Of a stretch of DNA of 64,000 bases, positions 58,243-64,000 are shown piece by piece (position 1 is the stretch's first letter; the number at the start of each line of letters is the position of its first letter). The stretch is from positions 1 to 64,000 of the forward strand of contig CAMTVD010000013.1 in the NCBI GenBank assembly GCA_947085095.1. Direction: 5' to 3'. The notes under the pieces were generated by a model. It searched no databases. It had not been told where the DNA came from and was given only the letters and a program-made list of their open reading frames with translations. The position numbers and the translations under genes were made by a program. The DNA comes from an uncultured Thermus sp. (lineage in GTDB: Bacteria; Deinococcota; Deinococci; Deinococcales; Thermaceae).

Positions 58243-59189
58243 GGGTGGGGTTCTTGGAGCTTTGGGTTAGGGACTTGGAAAGGAGCCTGGAGTTTTACCA
58301 GGGGCTTTTGGGCCTTCGCCTGGAGCATAGGGAGGGGAAGAGCGCCTACCTCCGGGGCTACGAGGAGCTGGAGTGGAGCCTGAAGCTCAAGGAGGCGGAC
58401 TTCCCGGCGGTGCGGAGCCTGGGCTTCAAGGTGGACTCGGAGGAGGGGATGGAGGCCCTAAGGGCCTGGGCAGAGCGGGAGGGGCTTCCCCACCAGGAGG
58501 AGGCCGACTGGGGCCGTCCCGAGGTCCTCCGGGTCCAGGACCCCTTCGGCTACCCCCTGGCCTTCTACTTCCAGGCGGCGAAGCTCCCCAGGGTCCTCCA
58601 GCGCTACCACGAGCACCGGGGCCCGGGCCTTTTGCGCCTGGACCACCTGAACGTCTTCTCCCCGGAGGTTTCCCAGGCCACCCGGTACTACCAGGAGGCC
58701 CTGGGCTTCCGCTTGAGCGAGTACACCGAGGACGAGGAGGGCAGGCTCTGGGCCAGCTGGCTCCACCGCAAGGGCAACGTCCACGACATCGCCTTCACCA
58801 ACGGGGAAGGTCCCAGGCTCCACCACTTCGCCTACTGGCTCCCCGACGCCATGGCCATCCTCCGGGCGGCGGACATCCTGGCGGGGGCCATGCGCACCGA
58901 CCAGATTGAGAGGGGCCCCGGGCGGCACGGGATCTCCAACGCCATGTTCCTCTACCTCAAGGACCCCGACGGCCACCGCGTGGAGCTCTACACCTCCGAC
59001 TACCTCACCGTGGACCCCGACCATCCCCCCTTGCGCTGGTCCCTCAACGACCCCCGCCGCCAGACCCTCTGGGGGCACCGCACCCCCAAAAGCTGGTTCC
59101 TGGAGGGAAGCCCTCTCCTGGACCTGGAGGGAAGGCCTCTCCCCACGCGGGCTTCCCGCCTGGAGGGCATCCCCCAGCACGTCATCTAG
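58230..59189 (+). CDS. hpaD: 3,4-dihydroxyphenylacetate 2,3-dioxygenase (VOC extradiol type)
   Basis: RLDHLN, VHDIAF, HHFA, ERGPGRHGISNA, DPDGHRVELY. Confidence 0.9.
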   Translation: MAIVRVGFLELWVRDLERSLEFYQGLLGLRLEHREGKSAYLRGYEELEWSLKLKEADFPAVRSLGFKVDSEEGMEALRAWAEREGLPHQEEADWGRPEVLRVQDPFGYPLAFYFQAAKLPRVLQRYHEHRGPGLLRLDHLNVFSPEVSQATRYYQEALGFRLSEYTEDEEGRLWASWLHRKGNVHDIAFTNGEGPRLHHFAYWLPDAMAILRAADILAGAMRTDQIERGPGRHGISNAMFLYLKDPDGHRVELYTSDYLTVDPDHPPLRWSLNDPRRQTLWGHRTPKSWFLEGSPLLDLEGRPLPTRASRLEGIPQHVI

Positions 59190-59194
59190 GCCCC

Positions 59195-59242
59195 TTGACG
59201 GGACAAAGGTCCCTTCCTATGCTTGAAGCAAACGTTAGTTAG
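59195..59242 (+). promoter_or_regulatory. Promoter of ABC/paa operon with PaaR-like operator
   Basis: TTGACG-17 nt-TATGCT followed by CAAACGTTAGTTAG (59229-59242). Confidence 0.6.
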
Positions 59243-59285
59243 GCCCAACCGGGCCCCAGGCCCGTGGGAAAAAAGGAGGTGCGAG

Positions 59286-60458
59286 ATGAAGCGTTGGCTC
59301 TTGGCAGGTCTTTTCCTGGTGGTTTCGGCTTTGGCCCAAGGGGCCCTCAAGGTGGGGGTGGTGGTTTCCACCACCGGCCCCGCCGCTTCCTTGGGCATCC
59401 CCGAGCGGAACACCATGCTCCTCATCCAGGACATCCTGGACCGCACGGGGGGCGTGGCCGGGAGGAAGGTGCAGTTCATCATCCTGGACGACGCCTCGGA
59501 CACCACCCAGGCGGTGCGGAACACCAGGCGCCTGGTGGAGGAGGGCGTGGTGGCCATCATCGGCACCACCACCACCCCGGCCTCCTTGGGCATGATCCCC
59601 GTGGTGGCCGAGGCCAGGGTGCCCACCATCTCCCTGGCCGCCAGCAAGGACATCATCCACCCGGTGGACGCCCAGCGCTTCTGGGTCTTCAAGACCCCCC
59701 AGACCGAGGAGCTCATGGCCCGGGCCATCGCCGCCGACATGGTGGCCCGGGGGGTGAAGACCGTGGGCTACATCGGCTTCAACGACGCCTACGGGGAGGG
59801 CTGGGCCCGCTTCTTTGAGGCCGAGGCCAGGGCCAAGGGCCTCCAGGTGGTGGTGAGCGAGCGCTACGCCCGCACGGACACCAGCGTCACCGGCCAGGTG
59901 CTGAGGATCCTGGCCCGGAGGCCGGACGCCGTGCTGATCGGGGCCAGCGGCACCCCCGCCGTTCTTCCCCAGCGCACCCTGAGGGAGCGGGGCTATGGGG
60001 GCCTCATCTACCAGACCCACGGGGTGGCCAACCCCGACTTCCTGCGGGTGGGAGGCAAGGATGTGGAGGGCACCCTCCTCCCCGCCGGGCCCATCCTGGT
60101 GGCCGAGCAGCTCCCTGGGGGCTTCCCCAGCAAGCGGGTGGCCCTGGACTACATCCAGCGCTACGAGGCCAAGCACGGCATCGGCTCCTACTCCACCTTT
60201 GGGGCCCACGCCTGGGACGCCTGGCTCATCCTGAGGCCGGCCCTGGAGCGGGCCTTGAGGCGGGCCGATCCCGACAGGGACCTGGCCGCCTTCCGCGCCG
60301 CCCTCCGGGACGAGATTGAGGCTACCCGGGGCCTGGTGGCTACCCACGGGGTCTTCACCTTCAGCAGGGAGGACCACCTGGGCCTCCGCTTTGAGGACAG
60401 CGCGGTGATGGTGCAGGTGGAAGACGGCCGCTGGAAGCTTGTCCGCACCTTCCGCTAG
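59286..60458 (+). CDS. Liv-type ABC transporter substrate-binding protein (probable aromatic acid uptake)
   Basis: Signal peptide, TGPAASLG, LDDASD, DAYGE; start MKRW after AGGAGG. Confidence 0.88.
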   Translation: MKRWLLAGLFLVVSALAQGALKVGVVVSTTGPAASLGIPERNTMLLIQDILDRTGGVAGRKVQFIILDDASDTTQAVRNTRRLVEEGVVAIIGTTTTPASLGMIPVVAEARVPTISLAASKDIIHPVDAQRFWVFKTPQTEELMARAIAADMVARGVKTVGYIGFNDAYGEGWARFFEAEARAKGLQVVVSERYARTDTSVTGQVLRILARRPDAVLIGASGTPAVLPQRTLRERGYGGLIYQTHGVANPDFLRVGGKDVEGTLLPAGPILVAEQLPGGFPSKRVALDYIQRYEAKHGIGSYSTFGAHAWDAWLILRPALERALRRADPDRDLAAFRAALRDEIEATRGLVATHGVFTFSREDHLGLRFEDSAVMVQVEDGRWKLVRTFR

Positions 60459-60461
60459 GCC

Positions 60462-61439
60462 ATGGACGCCACCATCCTCGGCCTCCTCCTCCTGGACGCC
60501 CTGCAGAACGGGGTGATCTACGGCCTTATGGCCGTGGGCCTGGTCCTGGTCTTCGCCGTGACCCGGGTGATCCTGGTGCCCATCGGGGAGCTTCTCATGT
60601 TTGCCCCCCTCTCCCTGGTGTGGCTCCACTCTGGCAAGCTCCCCGGCACCCTGGCCCTGGCCCTGGCCTTGGGCCTCCTCTGGGCCCTCCTGGCCCGGGG
60701 CCGGGGCGGCCTCTGGCCCCTTCTGGGGGGCCTGGGGCTTTTCCTCCTCTTCCTCTTGGCCCTGAGGGTGCCCCTTCTCGCCTACCCCGCCAGCGTCCTC
60801 CTGGTGGTGTACCTGGGGGTGGCCACCTACCGGGTCTTCTTCCAGCCCATGCGGGAGGCCACGGTCCTGGCCTACCTCATCATGGCCGTGGGGCTCCATG
60901 TGGCCTACCAGGGCCTGGGCCTCGTCTTCTTCGGGCCCGAGCAGTACCGCCCCGCCCCCCTCCTCTCGGGGGAGGTGGTGGTGGGGCTTTCCTGGCAGGG
61001 GGTCTTGGTCCTCCTCTTCGCCGGGGCGGCCGTGCTTGGGCTTTACCTTTTCTTCCGCCTTTCCCTATACGGCAAGGCCCTTTTGGCAGCGGCACAGAAC
61101 CGGCTTGGGGCCAGGCTTTCGGGGATTCGCCCCGAGGAAGCGGGGATGGTGGCCTTCGCCATCGCCAGCCTTTTGGCGGGCGTTTCCGGGCTCCTCCTTG
61201 CCCCCCTCATCAACGCCGCCTACTTCATGGGCTTCATGCTGGGCCTGAAGGGCTTCGTGGCGGCCATCCTGGGGGGTCTGGTGAGCTACCCGGTGGCCCT
61301 TTTGGGGGCCCTTCTGGTGGGCCTTTTTGAGAGCTTGACCAGCTTTTACGCCAGCGCCTACAAGGAGGCTTTGGTGTTTCTCCTCTTGGTGCCCGCCCTC
61401 TTTCTCCAAAGCCTCAGGGCCCGTGCGGTGGAGGAGTGA
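60462..61439 (+). CDS. Liv-type ABC permease (LivH-like)
   Basis: GVIYGLMAVGL, GKALLA, LKGFVAAILGG. Confidence 0.88.
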   Translation: MDATILGLLLLDALQNGVIYGLMAVGLVLVFAVTRVILVPIGELLMFAPLSLVWLHSGKLPGTLALALALGLLWALLARGRGGLWPLLGGLGLFLLFLLALRVPLLAYPASVLLVVYLGVATYRVFFQPMREATVLAYLIMAVGLHVAYQGLGLVFFGPEQYRPAPLLSGEVVVGLSWQGVLVLLFAGAAVLGLYLFFRLSLYGKALLAAAQNRLGARLSGIRPEEAGMVAFAIASLLAGVSGLLLAPLINAAYFMGFMLGLKGFVAAILGGLVSYPVALLGALLVGLFESLTSFYASAYKEALVFLLLVPALFLQSLRARAVEE

Positions 61440-63187
61440 TGCGTTACCTCTGGTTTGCCCTCTTGCTCTTGCCCTTGCTCCTGGCCCCTTTTCCCTTTTA
61501 CCTGACCCTCCTCAACTTCTTCGCCCTTTCCGCCCTGGTGGCCCTTTCCCTTTACGTCCTCACGGGGCTTGGGGGGATGACCAGCTTCGCCCAGGCGGCC
61601 TTCATGGGGATGGGGGCCTACGCCACGGCCCTCCTCACGGTGAAGGGGGGGTTTTCCCCGTGGCTGGGGCTTCTCCTGGGGCTGGCCCTCTCCTTCCTCC
61701 TGGCCCTGGTCCTGGGGGGGCTCACCGTGCGGCTTAAGGGCCACTTCCTGCCCCTTTCCACCATCGCCTGGCAGGTGGCCCTCTACATCCTGGCGGGGAA
61801 CCTGGTGGGGCTTACCGGGGGGCACACCGGCCTCACCGACCTTCCTCCCCTGCTCCTCCTGGGGCTTCCCCTGGACAACACCTTCCGCTATGCCTTTTTG
61901 GGGCTTTTCCTCCTGGTCCTCTCCGTCCTCGCCTTGCAGAACCTCCGGGAAAGCCGCCTGGGCCGGGCCCTTCTGGCCCTGAGGGGGGATGCTCTGGCCG
62001 CCGCCAGCTTCGGGGTGGACCCGGCGGGCCTGAGGCTGAAGGCCTTCCTCCTCGCCGGAGTCATGGCGGGGCTTGCGGGCTTCCTCTATGCCCACTTCCT
62101 CCGCTTTGTGAACCCCACCCCCTTTTCCCTGGAGGCCTCCATCAAGTACCTGGTGATGGCCGTGGCCGGGGGGGTGGGGTCCATCCCTGGGGTCCTCCTG
62201 GGGGCGGCCCTCTTCACCGGCTTGGAGGACTGGCTCAAGGACCTCCTCCCCCTCTTCCTGGGGCGGCAGGGGAACTACGAGACCATTGGCTACGGCCTCA
62301 TCCTGGCGGCCATCCTCATCCTGGCCCCCAGGGGCCTCTGGCCCCTTCTGGCCCGCTACCTCCCCCAAAAGGAGGGCCGCCTGCCCCAGGAGGCGCCCCT
62401 TTCCCTGAAGCCCCCCTCGGGGGCTAGGGGGGAGGTGGTCCTCGAGGCCCAGGGACTCAGGAAGGCCTTCGGGGGGCTGTTGGCGGTGAGCGGGGTCTCC
62501 TTCGCCCTGAGGCGGGGGGAGATCCTCGCCCTCATCGGCCCCAACGGGGCGGGGAAGACCACGGTCTTCAACCTCGTCACCGGGGCCATCCCCCCCGATG
62601 GGGGCCAGGTCTTCCTCTTCGGCCGGGAGATCACCGGCCTTCCCCCCCACCGCATCCACCCCCTGGGCCTGGGCCGCACCTTCCAGCACCCCCATCTCTT
62701 TCCCGAGCTTTCCGTCTTGGAGAACGTGGCCCTGGGGACCTATGCCCGCACCCGGGCGGGCTTCCCCCAGGTCCTCCTGGGCCTCCACCGGAAGGAGGAG
62801 GGAAGGGCCCTAGCCCTCGCCTACCAGGCCCTCAAGCGGGTGGGCCTGGAGAGCCTGGCCCTGGAGAGGGCCGAGAGGCTTCCCGCGGGGCAGCAGCGCC
62901 TCCTGGAGATCGCCCGCGTCCTGGCCTCGGGAGCGGAGGTCCTTCTCCTGGACGAGCCGGGGGCGGGGCTCAGGGCGGGGGAGAAGCGGGAGCTGGCCCA
63001 CCTCCTCAGGTCCCTGAGCCGCGAGGGGTACACCATCCTCATCGTGGACCACGACATGGACCTGATCATGGGCCTGGCGGACCGGGTGGTGGTGATGAAC
63101 TACGGGGAGAAGATCGCCGAGGGCACGCCCATGGAGGTGCAGAGGAACCCCCTGGTGCGGGCCGCTTACCTGGGGGAGGTGGCGTGA
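61439..63187 (+). CDS. Fused permease/ATPase (LivM-LivG-like)
   Basis: N-terminal TM domain (SFAQAAFMG, GRALLALR) fused to GPNGAGKT, GRTFQ, LLDEP, DHDM. Confidence 0.88.
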   Translation: MRYLWFALLLLPLLLAPFPFYLTLLNFFALSALVALSLYVLTGLGGMTSFAQAAFMGMGAYATALLTVKGGFSPWLGLLLGLALSFLLALVLGGLTVRLKGHFLPLSTIAWQVALYILAGNLVGLTGGHTGLTDLPPLLLLGLPLDNTFRYAFLGLFLLVLSVLALQNLRESRLGRALLALRGDALAAASFGVDPAGLRLKAFLLAGVMAGLAGFLYAHFLRFVNPTPFSLEASIKYLVMAVAGGVGSIPGVLLGAALFTGLEDWLKDLLPLFLGRQGNYETIGYGLILAAILILAPRGLWPLLARYLPQKEGRLPQEAPLSLKPPSGARGEVVLEAQGLRKAFGGLLAVSGVSFALRRGEILALIGPNGAGKTTVFNLVTGAIPPDGGQVFLFGREITGLPPHRIHPLGLGRTFQHPHLFPELSVLENVALGTYARTRAGFPQVLLGLHRKEEGRALALAYQALKRVGLESLALERAERLPAGQQRLLEIARVLASGAEVLLLDEPGAGLRAGEKRELAHLLRSLSREGYTILIVDHDMDLIMGLADRVVVMNYGEKIAEGTPMEVQRNPLVRAAYLGEVA

Positions 63188-63912
63188 TGCTTTTGGTGGA
63201 GAACCTTACCGTGCGTTACGGCCCCCTCGAGGCGGTGCGGGGAGTGTCCTTGGCCCTGGAGGAGGGGGAGGCCCTGGCGGTGATCGGCCCCAACGGGGCG
63301 GGGAAGACGAGCCTCCTCCGGGGGCTTCTGGGCCTGGCCTCTTCCGAGGGCCGGGTTGTTCTGGACGGGGCGGAGCTCCGCTCCCGAAGCCCCGAGGGCC
63401 TCCTGGCCCAAGGGATGGTTCTGGTGCCCGAGGGCCGGGCCCTCTTTCCCGGGCTTTCCGTGGAGGACAACCTGCTCCTTGGGGGGTTTACCCGCTTCCG
63501 CAAGGGGGAGGACCTGAGGGCTGATCTGGAGCGGGTCTACGCCCTCTTCCCAAGGCTTCTGGAGCGGAGGCGGCAGCCCGCGGGGACGCTTTCCGGGGGG
63601 GAGCAGCAGATGCTGGCCATGGGCCGGGCCCTCATGGCCAGGCCCAGGCTCCTCCTTCTGGACGAGCCCTCCCTGGGCCTCGCCCCCCTGATGGTGCGGG
63701 AGATCTACCGCATCCTGGGGGAACTCAAAAAGGAAGGGACCACGCTTCTCGTGGTGGAGCAGAACGCCAAGGTGGCCCTGGAGCTGGCGGACCGGGGGCT
63801 GGTCCTCGAGGCGGGGGAGATGGTCCTTTTGGGCCCTGCGGCGGAGCTTAAGGAGAACCCCCGGGTGGTGGAGGCCTACCTGGGCATGGTCCGGGAGGTG
63901 GAAGAGGGATGA
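63187..63912 (+). CDS. Liv-type ABC ATP-binding protein (LivF-like)
   Basis: GPNGAGKT, VPEGR, LSGGEQQM, DEPSLGLAP, EQNA. Confidence 0.9.
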   Translation: MLLVENLTVRYGPLEAVRGVSLALEEGEALAVIGPNGAGKTSLLRGLLGLASSEGRVVLDGAELRSRSPEGLLAQGMVLVPEGRALFPGLSVEDNLLLGGFTRFRKGEDLRADLERVYALFPRLLERRRQPAGTLSGGEQQMLAMGRALMARPRLLLLDEPSLGLAPLMVREIYRILGELKKEGTTLLVVEQNAKVALELADRGLVLEAGEMVLLGPAAELKENPRVVEAYLGMVREVEEG

Positions 63913-64000
63913 GGGACCCCTTTATGGAGACCCTGGGGCTAAGGGTCCTCTACCTGGCCCCGGGGGAGGCGGTGGTGGCCGGGGAGGTGGGCGAGGGGCA
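63909..64000 (+). CDS. paaI: Phenylacetyl-CoA thioesterase PaaI, 5' part (truncated by window edge)
   Basis: ATG overlapping livF stop; reads MRDPFMETLGLRVLYLAPGEAVVAGEV, matching my recollection of the Thermus PaaI N-terminus; not in the ORF track. Confidence 0.75.
   Translation, partial: MRDPFMETLGLRVLYLAPGEAVVAGEVGEG

Overview
Very GC-rich, densely coded bacterial DNA typical of the genus Thermus (inferred from codon style, gene content and CRISPR repeat type; species not determinable). From left to right: the 3' end of an IS256-family element that interrupts a minus-strand gene; a TPP riboswitch and thiE-thiS-thiG-thiO-thiC-thiD operon; a LacI-regulated sugar ABC/glycoside hydrolase cluster; a small leaderless, cas-less type I-E CRISPR array whose orientation flips at a palindromic hybrid repeat; acyl-CoA dehydrogenase-etfB-etfA; a GAF/PAS histidine kinase and receiver; an orphan TRAP binding protein; a three-gene soluble formate dehydrogenase; galK; a metal ABC binding protein; a ~16 kb polyamine uptake/catabolism cluster (PucR regulator, four class III aminotransferases, aldehyde dehydrogenase, PotABCD, GNAT, amidohydrolase, AOR-family oxidoreductase); an AidB-like dehydrogenase, pxpBC, a YyaL-like gene; nadC-[vapBC]-nadA-nadB; a thiolase; and the PucR-regulated 4-hydroxyphenylacetate (hpa) cluster followed by a Liv-type ABC transporter and the start of paaI. 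The most unusual items are the back-to-back CRISPR fusion and the polyamine catabolic cluster. All protein calls come from reading motifs by eye; no database searches were run.
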